Both the position numbers and the translations under genes were made by a program. A DNA stretch of 63,396 nucleotides, counting the filler, from Choristocarpus tenellus KU-1152 (lineage: Eukaryota > Protista > Phaeophyceae), in assembly GCA_964200185.2 (NCBI GenBank). It is 13 parts of 13 records of this genome, joined end to end, with 100 filler letters (N's around TTAATTAATTAA, not from the genome) between each part and the next. Parts side by side here need not be neighbours in the genome. Positions count along the whole stretch, not along the records: positions 1 to 5,062 come from CAXNAD020011995.1; positions 5,163 to 8,075 come from CAXNAD020023702.1; positions 8,176 to 11,163 come from CAXNAD020023115.1; positions 11,264 to 15,702 come from CAXNAD020014550.1; 9 more parts are not named here. The stretch is one strand, 5' to 3'. The notes below the pieces were generated by a model. The model was not told the origin of the DNA. It ran no database searches and saw only the letters and a program-made list of their open reading frames with translations. Positions 1-12,261 of the stretch are shown here, one piece after another (position 1 is the first letter of the stretch; each line of letters opens with the position of its first letter).

Positions 1-2994
1 CACGGTATAACGGTATATGGCATACGGCAATAACGGTATAATAACAGATAAACATGCTTTCCACAAAGGCGTTATATGGAAAACAAGAAGACAGTCTCGT
101 CATCAACAACAACAAACATTAAAACGAGCAGCGTGAAAACGCTAAAGAAGGGATGTATAACGATCTGTGTATTTCATACACATCAATGCATATTTTTGCA
201 GAGGCACATGCTTCACACAACAATTTCGAGAATGCATGCCAGAATCAATTTGCTGCTGTATAGTTGTTGATTTGGAGAAAATGGCTACTTCAGAAATATT
301 TCTTCTGCCATTATATATAATGTAAAACCCAAATTTCTTACTGACACAGATGATCTCAATATCCTCAAGTCGTCGTAATGAGGTGTGGCGTATGTTGGTG
401 GTTGGAAAAGAGTTTAAATAGTGGGGAAGGTCTTCGTCGGGTGAACGAAGAGGTCAAGCGGAAACTTACAGGCACTGTGACATGAATGTTTATGTACATA
501 CTACTTTGAGAAGTATGTGTGTGTATGGTACACCGTACATGGTACATAGGTGTTTACATACTTACAATATATTCATAATATTATTATCCCATCAACATTT
601 TACACATGTGGATGGATAGAACGAAGAAACAGAACGTAAGGAATACTACAAATAAATGCGACAATAGCAGAGCAGACTAATGTCTATGGCAGTACCTTTG
701 AAGTGGTTTGGATACGCCAACAAGAAGACTTGTAGTGTACTTCAACATAAGAAACAAAACCTATTTGAATTTATTCCAATAGAACAACTAATAATATAGC
801 TCAAACTGTTCGTAAACTTGTACTATTGAAAGGTGGTTTAGGAACAAGAGTCCATAATCCCTGTCTAACCTCATCTCTTCACCTTAAACGTAGAGATATC
901 ATTTTTGTAGTGATCAGAAGATCCTATTTTTACTCAATGTTGTGTTTTCCTGGACGCGCGAGATTCCGCGAGATTCTTTTGAAGTGGAACTTGTGGTATC
1001 GCGAAATTGTTGTTGTGGAGATTGGATAGGCTGAAATCCCCACTACATACTATGATACACATCTTTTGATATTTGTTACCCCCTCGTCCTTACTTCCTTG
1101 AAGCGGTGTGACTCTCCTATCCCTTCAAGGGAGTTTTGATTGCTTCGAAAGATTGTGCTGAAGGACTGAGATTGATTTGGCCAGAGGTCTGTGGAAGGTC
1201 TACTGGAAGGCAAGAGCTGGAAGGCAAATTTGACTGATCTGTCCTGTTTAGCGAAGTCATGGCACTCGAGGCGAAACTCGCAACCATTGCTGCAATCAGT
1301 GATCAAAGAGAGAGAACGAACAGGTAAGGCCTCACATCTCTTTAGGCTGTGTTCAATGGACCATCTCTAATAGCATTCTCACCCGGCCTGTGTAGGGTTA
1401 GGAAGAGTTCGAGTTGAAGGTCTATAGATTACTCTCTTGCGGAGCATTTGACATGTCGCTCTTGCAAGCACTCTTTATTCCTCTAATCCCTATACCTCAG
1501 GTACAGGCTTGAATCGTTACATTTTTGCCGTCGCATTCGTGCTTCTCCACGTGTGAGCTCGAAGCTTTGAGTGATCAAGAGGGGAGGGGTCATCATTTTC
1601 TCTTTTGTCGCAGAGTATTTGATGTATCGTTGACAACCCCTCGCAACCGCACTAGGTCCACTTTTCCTTGTCACAAGAGCTTGCAGCAGCATCCATCCTG
1701 TTCGTAGGACATACATAGTGGAAACACAACCCTCCAAAAAATGCATTCAAGGGGCAGGTACATTCTTCTCAACACCTTGTATCCTCTACCCTCCGTTTGG
1801 AAACAGTGGTGCAGAAAACCAACCCATCCCGCCTCTAATCGATACCACAGCCGTAGGACACGCGTGCAAGAACTCCAGGGTTGTTCAGTATACCTCTTAA
1901 GGCTGCCCCATGCTGCTTCGCTCCTCCCTTCCGAATACAACTACAACACGAAATCCATCAACACACCCACCTGCTGGTCTTTTCTGCCCCTCCCACCGCC
2001 CATTGGTTGGTCTGAAATATTGTGATTTTCTTGAACCTGCATTGCATCTTCCGAGAGGGGCATACTCACCGCAAAACATACAACAATGCAGCATACATAA
2101 ACAAAAACTACGGTGTCAACTTCCAGTTTCCAAGAGGGAAAAGACAGCTATTCCTGTAAATCTCTCAGTCGCACAAGGGGGGCACCGTCCCCCTGCCAAA
2201 GTATTGCCGAGCTTGAATATTTGTTGCACAGATCAAGATCTACACTGTATGGAATCTTTTGACAAGGAAAATCTTGAAAATGTATGTACTTGAAGTTGGG
2301 GAGGAACTTGCAGGGTGTCCTGAACACCTCATGCTCTTTTGGATTCATGCACTGGCAAAGAGATGCATTCACTCGCCTTAGATACTCGCGCACAAATGCC
2401 TTCTCGACACCCAGTTACAATAACATGACCTATGCGGACTGTCGCTTTGAAGTATATTTCTTTGTAGGCGCTCCTGCATTCACCTGACCCCCACATACAA
2501 GCAGTGCGCGCATCGAGGTGCTTTTGAATTTGGTGCGCAACCCCCCTCTCCACACCCCCTCTTTCAATGCAGCAGTCGAAAACAAATTGAACATCTCAAA
2601 GCGATGCCGCAACAATCCCCCACTCGAGTATTTCGTTGGGCATCCTGATGGTTTCACCTCTGATTTCACCTCTGGTTTCACAAACAACAGTTTATGACTC
2701 AAGTACTACTGACCATTCAAAATGAGTATACACTGATCTTCTTCAGATTTTTTTTTGTGTGTGTGTGTGTGTGTGTGTCTCAGCCGGTTTTGTTTTTCTA
2801 GCTTGCGGTAATGCCTCCCAGGATTTGGAAATACTAAATATGTGTGTATGTATGTATGTATCTATGTATGTATGTATGTATGTATGTATGTATGTATAGA
2901 CATACGTGTTGATGTGAACCCATACTTCTTCAGAGAATGGTAAGAGATGTACGTGTAGGTTTTTAACAATATTTTTTCTTAAATATTTTTTCAG

Positions 2995-3413
2995 GTACAA
3001 AGCGCTCGGGGATGAGCTGGCCGCGGCGGGTAGGATGAGCGACATCAAGACTGTGATGGAAGTATGTGAGTTACGCTCATGGTGCACAAGGGCACCACCC
3101 TGGTGGAGACCACCTTTTGTTGTTGTTGTTGTTGCGAGAATTGAGAGCGTGCAATGGTGAAATGCGTGGAAGGAAGAAAATCTAAAAAAAGATACACGTA
3201 GTATGAAGTCATATGTCTGTATCTATTATCTATGATCTTTTTTCTATATATATTTTTTCTTTTGTTGTTGTTGTTCGAACGAGCACCCTTAATTTTTTTT
3301 TTTTAGTTGGCATACACGCGTACCGCCGCCGAGCAATCGCATCGTCGTATGCATTCGTTTCGAACTTTGTCACACACGTATGCACGCAAGAGAACATACT
3401 GTCGCGTTCTTGT

Positions 3414-3444
<31 letters not shown>

Positions 3445-4234
3445 GTTTTTTATTTTTTTAAATGGAAAGTCGGAGGAAGTTTCCTCGTACCATATATATA
3501 TTTATATATATATATATTGCTGTTGTTGTTGTTCCATAACACCTCCGATTCCACCCGGTGAGCTGATAAAGAAGTCGGCGATTGTCTAGTACCCCCTGCG
3601 GACTAGCCTGGTCTGATCAGAGTCCGCTGCAAAGATCTCTCCTCCTCGTGGTTGCGGAGGTGTAAATTGGAAGGCCTACAAGAAATCCGCTGTTTGTCCC
3701 TGGTTCGATACTAAATGTTATACTACACAGCAAAACCGAATAGGATTGGTTGTAGACTGTTCCATAGCCCATTCAATACCTACCTCTATTGGAGGAATGC
3801 ACTTGTCCCGATTTGTTTCTCAATTTGAAGTCTAACGTGAGTAACTGGCACCTTTAAAGCTCTCCACATACTATCGATTTGGGAAAGGGGGGGGGGGGGA
3901 CTATGTTCCTCCGCGTTCTAGATTATTTCTCTGATCACTCATAATCTCAGGAATTGATTATCGACGTATCATACGGAAGATTATATTGTACACATGCTTT
4001 TGATTGAAGTAGGGAAATCCGGTCGAGAAATCTATTTCCACGTGCGCGCGCGCACACATAATACATATATACACACACATACATACATATATACACATAT
4101 ATACATACATACACACATAATACATACATACATACACACACATACATACATACGTACACACATAATACATACATACATACACACACATACATACATACAT
4201 ACAAACACACATACATACATACATACATATATAC

Positions 4235-4265
<31 letters not shown>

Positions 4266-4549
4266 CTTACCTACACACATACACACATGCATGCATACAC
4301 ACTTAATGCGTATATATATCCTTTCAGAACATCAATACATTTTTTTTTTTACTGTCTACACGTACATACCTTACTGTTTTTTCTTATTTTTTATTTCATA
4401 AAAAAAAAGTGCTCGCAGAGGGTGTACCTCAGGCCGTATCACGTCAATCCTGCTCTCACCTAGCCAAAGAAGTCTGCTCCATAGCGGACGACTACCCCGA
4501 TGACTTCCAAGAGCTGTGTGAGTTCTGCCTGGCAAAGATGCAGGGTCAG
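2995..4549 (+). CDS. CSN4: COP9 signalosome subunit 4, partial (exons 2995-3065 and 4410-4549)
   Basis: The two exons join in phase across a GT-AG intron to give YKALGDELAAAGRMSDIKTVMEV-LLAEGVPQAVSRQSCSHLAKEVCSIADDYPDDFQELCEFCLAKMQGQ. This matches the CSN4 N-terminus as I recall it (KY..l......l...v..l..E.V..VvSRQ....f......l.......i..f.l.kiqp). Confidence 0.75.
4053..4300. repeat. compound (TACA)n/(CA)n microsatellite in CSN4 intron
   Basis: Directly visible. A second (TATG)n tract lies at 2840-2900. Confidence 0.95.
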
Positions 4550-4564
4550 GTGCGGGAGGGAGAC

Positions 4565-4630
4565 GTTTTGTGTTTGATGTGTTTTGTGTTTGATGTGTTT
4601 TGTGTTTGATGTGTTTTGTGTTTGATGTGG
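4565..4630. repeat. 15-bp tandem repeat (gttttgtgtttgatg-like), about 4 copies
   Basis: Directly visible just downstream of the exon donor at 4550. Confidence 0.9.
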
Positions 4631-5018
4631 TGATGTAGTGGAGATGGTTGGTGAGGGGCTAGTCCTTAGCCTGTTTGTTGCTGGTAGAGATGAGTGAAAT
4701 CAACAACTGATTAGCAAATGGTTTGTAGTCCGATGTTGCTGGTAGAGATGAGTGAGATAGACGCTGACATCGTAGTCCCTTACCTGAGGCATAGGCAAGC
4801 CAGTAGCTGGGCCAAACCCCGTGCCAGGTCTTATGCTTTTTTAACGTAGTCCTCGAGAGCGCGATAGACCCTGTCTCATGACTCCGTCCGTGCATTGGCT
4901 GTGAAGAAGAGTTCTGAGGTGCAAGCTGACATCACATACCCCCAGCATGAGGTCTGCATGCCCACTGTGCAGCTGAAGGATGGGTTGATAAAATATGTTC
5001 CATAAATAGCTTGTTGTT

Positions 5019-5062
5019 GGGTCAAAGTATCTGGGGGGGGGGGTGGCGGCTGTCCATTTGGG
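5019..5062 (-). mobile_element. MITE family A, truncated by scaffold end
   Basis: GGGTCAAAGTATCTG(n)TGGCGGCTGTCCATTTGGG is the reverse complement of the right end of the full copy at 34714-34898. Confidence 0.8.
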
Positions 5063-5162
5063 NNNNNNNNNNNNNNNNNNNNNNNNNNNNNNNNNNNNNN
5101 NNNNNNTTAATTAATTAANNNNNNNNNNNNNNNNNNNNNNNNNNNNNNNNNNNNNNNNNNNN
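5063..5162. other. artificial scaffold linker N44-TTAATTAATTAA-N44
   Basis: The identical 100-bp spacer, with stops in all six frames, recurs at 8076, 11164, 15703, 22664, 29600, 32329, 39541, 43910, 47897, 57736 and 60396. Confidence 0.98.
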
Positions 5163-5316
5163 GGTCTACACGAGGGTGTCCATTTGGACCAAAATCGGGA
5201 AAAAGTGCATTTGCATTATCTATCCGACGTATGGCAACCAAATCACCCAAAAATCGCGATATGAAAAAATTGACCCAAAATGGACAGGCGCCACCCCCTC
5301 CCAGATACTTTGAGCC
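5163..5316 (+). mobile_element. MITE family A, left end lost at scaffold break
   Basis: Aligns along its length with 34738-34898 and ends in CCCAGATACTTTGAGCC. Confidence 0.85.
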
Positions 5317-6939
5317 AATAGTAGGTAGGCATTGTATGGCATTATTAGTGTCATCACGTCGATTAGGAGATGTTGAACCAGGACCCAACTGATCTGGTAA
5401 TAAACATATCCCCATTTTTATATTAAGGAATTACGTAGCCAAAATACGGACACCATGTCTTTGGGGGCCTGTTGTATGTGTGGGGGTATACTGTAGACAA
5501 CATAGTATGGGTGCTGCGTGCGGAAGATCGCCGTGGAGCGATGTGCCGATTACAAACAGCGCGTTGGGAATCCTCTCTATTGGGCTTCCACATCAAGTTC
5601 ATTATCACATCATTGTCATATGGTTTGGACAAAGTTAAAATTCATTGAATTCCGCTGTATGGGAGAAGAACTTGGGAAAGAACTAGAGACCTCCGTGTTT
5701 TTTTGTGCGTGCCTTTTAGACGCTGAGGATATGGTGCTGCTGACTCCTGGGTGTGTTTTCGTCTCCTCAATCGCCTTTTCGAATGGAGTGGCTAAACGAA
5801 TTGGACTGGTCTGTTATTATAAGACTGGTCCAGGAGTTGATCTGCGCCTGGTCTGTGGACTGGACGAAGACAGTACGGACTGGGCATGGTCCAGACATGT
5901 TACATACCGTTAGACCTGGTTTGGCCGGCAGATAAGGGCCGGCACAATACCTGGTGGGGATGTTGTCTGGGCATATTAGACAATGTTGGATAGGGTCCAG
6001 CTGGTGGACTGGACCAGGACATACCAGAAGATTGTGAGACCGATCTGCCCCGCAGATGGGACCATTTTCTATTATTGACTTGGTAAAAAACCCGGGGGGG
6101 AAATCCAATCGATCTGATTCAGCTGAGGGCGCACAAGGCGAAACCTTACCAGTTTGAATTAACCCCCCGGGACGTGTGAAATTTTGTCGCTCTTTCCTGC
6201 ACATTTTCTCAGGGCTTGTTTTCCAGTTGTGTATGTGAGACGAAATATTGCCTATCATCCACGTATTGCTTCAAGCTGAAAAATTTGTGTCTGAGGAGTT
6301 GACTGCGAAGAGTGAAGATGGATTTGTCATGTTTTTGGCCATAGTATCCTAGTGGGGGGGTCAGATGTCCATTAGGGATCCGTGTCACCCTGTAGTGCTT
6401 TTCCCGTCATTGGATTAATATTATCTAAGGTAAGGGCAGTTTCCTTCATATGAATGTACCTCCCTTTTCCATCGTCCTGCCTGGACCAAATCCGAAGGAA
6501 AGCTCCCGCAAAACGAGCATCAAACTGGGGTGTCTTACAACACCTCATGCAGCCCCGAATAGGCGACCTCTTACAACCACTCACTCCTCTAGGTCACCAT
6601 GGGCCCTTATTACCTCTTCTACGATTATGTTATAGTACATAGTCATAGCATCGTTGAGGTGACACAGAAGAAGAGAAGATAGGTGCATATTGAAGTACAA
6701 GAGAACATAGACAATGTCAGTGTGCAACGAACATAGATCTGAATTGTGTACAACTGGACAACTTCATGGTAAAAAAGGACACATGATCAACTAAAAGATC
6801 ATTGATACATCATCTGTATTCTGGACTATAGGCACATTAAGAATCCCAACTATACAGAAAAATATCAGCTGCTGCTGTTTTGACTGGATTTCTCTAGCCT
6901 TCAGGTGGCGGCTACCTTCTTGTATTCCTCCCATGGCAT

Positions 6940-7745
6940 CGACCTTCATTCAAATGTTACAGAGGGAAACAAGCAATTGCACATTTTCTGGATCAAGTCC
7001 ATTCCATTTTACCGTGGCAATATTCCCATATGACGAGAACACTCGCTCCATGTCAGTCTCAGAAGCAGGAATGGCAAAAACACGTCGGGCAAAGTTGGTT
7101 GAACGTGGAAAGGATGAACCTCCCACTCGTGTTGACCACTCTTCATGTTCCCCCTCAATGAAAATTGCTCCACCTGTCTACCCCTAGCAGCTGAATTCCC
7201 TCCACTGAGTTCAAGGCAACACTCTTTTGAAGTTATTTACTTCTTTTCCGTCTTGGGCTGCAACCTCTCTACATTGGCCGTGCATGGTGTCTGCGATGCA
7301 ATGTGCTAGAAAACATGAAGCATACCTTTGATGTTTGCTCCCCCTTGAGGATGACAACCTCTTTTGACTCGACACAACTCCAAACTATGCCTTGTTCTGC
7401 TTCTGGAATGCCGTAAAGGTGTTTGATTCTAAGGTTCAAGCAGTTGAACAACACCTGCTTTCACTCGAATCCTTCGGGGTTCAAAGGAAAGAAGCACAAT
7501 GGTGGTCCCATTGTCAAAGCAGTAATATAATCTTCATATCGTGTCTTGCACACAAGAACACGACGTTCTTTTCTGCCTCTTGTATTTCTTCTTCATCATT
7601 TCGGGGAAGTTGAGGAATGGGTTGCAACTCATCCACTTGTTGAAGGTCAATTTGCAGGTCTTGGATGTAGTGGACTATGAGAGATGTGGGCACATAGGTC
7701 TCACCCTTGAAGGATTTATGAACTTCGTACGATAGATACCATAAG
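6940..7745 (-). pseudogene. degenerate hAT transposase C-terminal half (dimerisation domain)
   Basis: Minus-strand translation WSTRVGGSSFPRSTNFARRVFAIPASETDMERVFSSYGNIATVKWNGLDPENVQLLVSLCN fits the hATC motif (W..FP.L...Ar..laIPASS...ERvFS..g.i....Rn.L.p..ve.L.fl..N). Upstream lies QGETYVPTSLIVHYI. Stops and frameshifts are present. Confidence 0.8.
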
Positions 7746-8738
7746 CTTTACCATCTAAGGCAGCACCTGAATACAATCAAACAGAAACGTAGAGATAAAA
7801 AAAGAATATCCAAATGTTTCCATATCTAAGGTGGTATCAGTAGGTTCGCGCCCTCTGTGGCAATCTTGCGTTTTTACACCGGAACGCCACAACAATTACA
7901 CAACAATGTATATAAAAGAAAAGGGTATAACAAGGACTTTTGAACGTTTGTATCCACGAATGCCCAGGCTTCGAAGAACGGGAGCTGTGTCCCAATCGAG
8001 TAATAGCAAAAACGCGGGGGAACACCTCCAGAGCAATTTTGAAGGTCACGACTTCAAAACGGACAAAAATGAAATNNNNNNNNNNNNNNNNNNNNNNNNN
8101 NNNNNNNNNNNNNNNNNNNTTAATTAATTAANNNNNNNNNNNNNNNNNNNNNNNNNNNNNNNNNNNNNNNNNNNNGGAGAGGCTCTAGACAGCTAGGGCA
8201 GGGAGGGAAATAAGGGGGAGGGGCTGGGGGGTGGGGCCGTGGGATGGAGAGTAGGCGGAATGGTGGGATGGCAAAAGAGGTGGAGGACGATTGTGAGCGG
8301 ATGGATTCCAGCACGACTTCGGTTCCCACACTCCACTCCATGGCAGTGTAGTAGTGTTCAGGGCTGGCAGGGGTGCGGCAGGTGGGGTACGGGATGGGAT
8401 GTAGGGGTCTGGAGCGGAAGTATAGAGCCGAGGCACAGCCCAGATCCAGTGAGTGTGTGCAGGAGAAAGGTAGTACTGGCTATTGTTTCTCGGAGAAACA
8501 GATCGCACAGTGTTCTAGTGTGAGCTGACATGCTTGTTGGGATAGGCGTGGGTTGGGGTCCCTGGTAGGGGAGGCTGACTGTCGAAGCCCCGTAATATCT
8601 CTTATCACCGTCTCTTCTGTCTCCTCCTCATCGTAGTCATTTTGGGGAGGGCCCCTCTCCCTGCGACCATCATCGTGTGCCTCTACCACCTCTCTAGGCC
8701 CATCCCCAGCACTTCACCGCCCACGTTACTTGCCATTC

Positions 8739-9496
8739 TGTTACAGGCACCCCTCAAAGCTCACCTCCACAGGATGTACAACTCAAATCCAATTCACAGA
8801 TTAACGCACGTCCGCTCAGCAGAACAGTAGTACTCTCCAGTGAATCAAGTAGTACGAGGAAAAGCGTGCGTATGATATCAGATAAAGAGTAAAAAACTGA
8901 ATAGGTGGGGGATCTTTTGGTCAGAAGAACTGAGCCGTTTGAGGGCACAGAACATAGTTTGCCTCTCGGCTAGTCTGAGCATATATTTGCTCTTTCTGAA
9001 ACATCTTCAAAAGTTGCAGAACATACATCTCTGACATGGCCTAGAATGAATGGGACCCCAGTCACCTTAATCATAAATGTGATTCATCTCTACAATTCTT
9101 TAAAGTCTATCTACAGGGTCATAGGATGTACTCTTATTCAAATTGTGTCTGCCTAATCTAAATATACCTGTTCTCTTTTGGGTTGGGACTTCAGAAAAAC
9201 AAAAAATACAAAAAAAAAAATGAAACAAAAGAAATATGTATCCTATCTAAAACGTTTACTACAAGTGATTGTTACTGGTGAAGACAATAGGCATCATCAA
9301 TCGCGTATGATTATCTTGTAGTAGGGAGAAGGAAGAGCAAAAAAATATGCCCAACTCCTACTAGGCCTAAACAGGTATCCCTATCTTACTTGGGGAAATC
9401 TGCCTTGCGTCTAGCCTAATTCTGAGGATATATTCATTCTCTCTAAAATATAGCTTTCCTAGATTGCCAAGTATCATCTAATTATTGCCTGCCTCA
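8739..9496 (-). mobile_element. putative LTR of the Ty3/Gypsy element
   Basis: On the minus strand it begins TGAGGCAGGCA directly after a GGGGGGCA purine run that follows the integrase, and ends TGCCTGTAACA (8/11 inverted-terminal match). It is followed by a PBS-like TGGCAAGTAACGTGGG. Confidence 0.55.
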
Positions 9497-9559
9497 TGCC
9501 CCCCAGCACTAAGTATACTGACGACTGCTAGTGCGTAAAACAGGACATAACATCAATAT

Positions 9560-10965
9560 CGCCTACGAATCGGTTAGTCCTCACATACTTTGCCTTCTGG
9601 ATGCGTATTGGTTACCTGTTGGATTATGTTCGGGAGGAACGACTCATTTCACTTTTGTTCATTTCCTCCTAATCCCCATCATTAAACCCCACCCTCCAGT
9701 AGGGCGACTTGAAGTCAAAAACTGTACCTGTCTACCACTCATCCTTCCCCTTCTCGTCTTTGCATGACTTCTTGACAGTGGTACCTGTGGGGAAACGGCG
9801 TAATGCATCCTCTCTAGACAAGGGTTTTCCTTGGCGAGAGGTGTCAGTAGAACGTGGGCTCGTGTCTGGATTATAGAGGTCCCATAGGGCATAGAAGACA
9901 TCTACCTGTAGTGGGGCGAAGCTATCCATAGCCTCTTTCTCGGTAATCCAATCAGACAATTCTCCATTCTGGCACTTTCCCCTGTACTCCCAGTGCCATA
10001 CATTGGATGGCGACAGAATTGCTTTCCTGTCTATAAGAGTGTACATAGGGGTTGCTACCACAGATTGCTCTGACAAGCCTAGGTCCGACTCCCGCACTAG
10101 TTGAGAGCATACTCCTCCTGGAAGCTATGTCTTAGATGGATGGACCGTACGTGGAATGGTTCTGCATAAGAAGCATGGACAGTACGAGTGCGAGTTTGTC
10201 TGCCTAGCAGCTCTACTGTCATGCTACTACTTTGATGTGATATTTCCTCCACAGTCCATGGTCCTGTCCATCTTTCATGGACTAGCTTCCTGCCTACTCT
10301 CGTTTCACCTCATTTTTACCCATGAATAGAGCTGTCTGCTTCTTTCACTAGGACTAGGTCACCTGGTTTGGATCCGAGTCCTGGGGAAGACCTAGTAATC
10401 AAAGCATTGGCTCTCTCTCTCTGTCTCTGCCTAGCGGACATCCTTCTCTCCAGGACTTCGCGTACCTCCCTGAAGTTCTGTCTACGTTGCTCGATGAAGG
10501 AGTCCAATCCTCCAACATCTATGTCTCCATCCAACTTCGGTATGACGGCATCTAACTGTGTGCGGGGATCACGGCCAAACAAGACTCGGAAGGGGGTGGG
10601 GTTGAGAGGGTCAGAGGGATCTGGGGTCGTGCGTTGTGCCCAACATGCCCGAGATACATACTCATCTCATCTATCTGGCCACTTCACACATAGTTCCGAC
10701 AGGACTTCTAAAAGCAGACCTCCCACCTTTTCTACTCCCCCTTGTCCTCTCGAGTTGCCAGTCGGTCCATAATTGATAGGGACCTTCAGCCAACGGCAAA
10801 GGTTATTCATTATGTCTCCTGTGAACTCCCCTCCTGCATCACTACGAATTGACAGAGGGATCCCAAATGTAAGACATAATTCTAACACGTTTGTTGCTAC
10901 TCCAGTTGCTTCCTTCGACGCCATTGGGAATGTAAAAGCGAATCTCGAAGCTCTATCAATCACAA
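9560..10965 (-). mobile_element. Ty3/Gypsy retrotransposon integrase (rve core plus GPY/F-like region), degenerate
   Basis: IDRASRFAFTFP...FGIPLSIRSDAGGEF...GQGGVEK (D,D35E core), then TPFRVLFGRDPR and ERWTGPWTV. In-frame stops are present, and a MITE interrupts it at 10969. Confidence 0.9.
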
Positions 10966-10968
10966 TGA

Positions 10969-11163
10969 GAGTGAAAGTATCTCAGAGGGTACGATTTTTT
11001 CCCTGTTTGTCCATTTGGGGCTTGGCTTCTCACAGGTTTTAAATGACATTCTACCTACTCCAAAATGTTTCCGAGTAGGTAACATGTATATGTTATGAAA
11101 AGGTGTGTCCGGAACATGGATATTGACACTTACTAACAAACACGATAGCCAAAATTACATCAA
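10969..11163 (+). mobile_element. MITE family B, truncated, inserted into the integrase
   Basis: GAGTGAAAGTATCTCAGAGGGTAC...GTCCATTTGGGGCTTGGCTTC is homologous (inverted) to 29700-29932 and 34012-34266. Confidence 0.8.
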
Positions 11164-11269
11164 NNNNNNNNNNNNNNNNNNNNNNNNNNNNNNNNNNNNN
11201 NNNNNNNTTAATTAATTAANNNNNNNNNNNNNNNNNNNNNNNNNNNNNNNNNNNNNNNNNNNNCATAGA

Positions 11270-11815
11270 ACTGCACTGTGAATATAGCCTGTTTAGGGGG
11301 ATGAAGGTACATACTATTCATTTTTAGGTCGGACACTGTCAAGTCAAACGCCGTCTCCACTTTCACAACCACTGTCATCATCTTGACCAGGCCCACATGG
11401 ATCTTGGAGGCAATGCCTGCATCATCTGTATAGTACATGCACATTAGACGGTGCTCAGATATCCCCCAATTTCCTCTAGTCCCTCCTCTTCGAACCTTGA
11501 TTTTCCTCTCATTTCCCTTGATGAGGATTAGGTCGGAGATGATGTCAGTCTTGAATTCCCTCTCTGGCTACGCTTAGCACCACGGTGAAGAAAATATTAA
11601 AGAGGACGGAAGGAAGGACACACCCTTCCAGACTGCATTGGTTGACTGGGAACTAGTCCATGTATTCCCCACCATCCATTCAGACACGTGCCCTGATTCC
11701 TTCATGAAACTGACGAATGACTGAAATCATCTTGGCTGGCACTCCAAATTTGGAAAGTACAATCCACAAAATATCATAGTCAACAGAGTCAAATGTCTTC
11801 AGGAGATAAGGCATA
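11270..11815 (-). pseudogene. LINE (RTE-like) reverse transcriptase remnant
   Basis: [34 protein letters not shown]...EGCVLPSVLFNIFF...MYYTDDAGIAS are decayed KAFDSV, QGCVLAP.LFN and YADD motifs. Confidence 0.85.
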
Positions 11816-12261
11816 TAAACAAGCGTGCATGTCTTACCTTCTTACCCCTGCAGGACGAGAAGAGCATATATCGTGTACATTAACCCTAACCCTAACTCGT
11901 GTAGGATATCCTCCTGGTCCAGATATGCACTTAGTCGTCTAGCAGCTTTCATCTTGCTCACTTAGACACCATATGCCACCGATAAAATACCTTGGTAGTT
12001 ACCACTAATAGTCTGGTCCTTCTTCTAGTGGAGTACCTTAATAGTCTCATCTTTACAAGATTGAGCCAGCTCCTCCTTTTCCCGCATAGCCGCCACACTC
12101 TGGTGGATGGTGGATCTCTTACGCCGAACCTTGTCCAACTGGCAAAGATCCGTAACTGTATGAAACGACTTCTATTGGCAGAAAAGTACGTTGCACTTTC
12201 TTTTCACCGCGTTCCGATCTGCCCATTATTAGTGTAGGTTCCAAACCATTGTTTCTTCGTC

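Noticed and set aside
3947-4401. Overlapping ORFs rich in YVCM/HTYI
   Set aside because: These are translations of microsatellites. The same applies to the ORFs at 54839-55278 and 59794-60021.
5063-5162. Recurrent TTAATTAATTAA palindrome between N runs, and ORFs ending in XXX-LIN
   Set aside because: It is an artificial concatenation linker. It also invalidates any gene-cluster interpretation across scaffolds.
5518-6642. Several 60-160 aa ORFs on both strands
   Set aside because: No recognisable motif or consistent splice pattern. Probably decayed repeat sequence.
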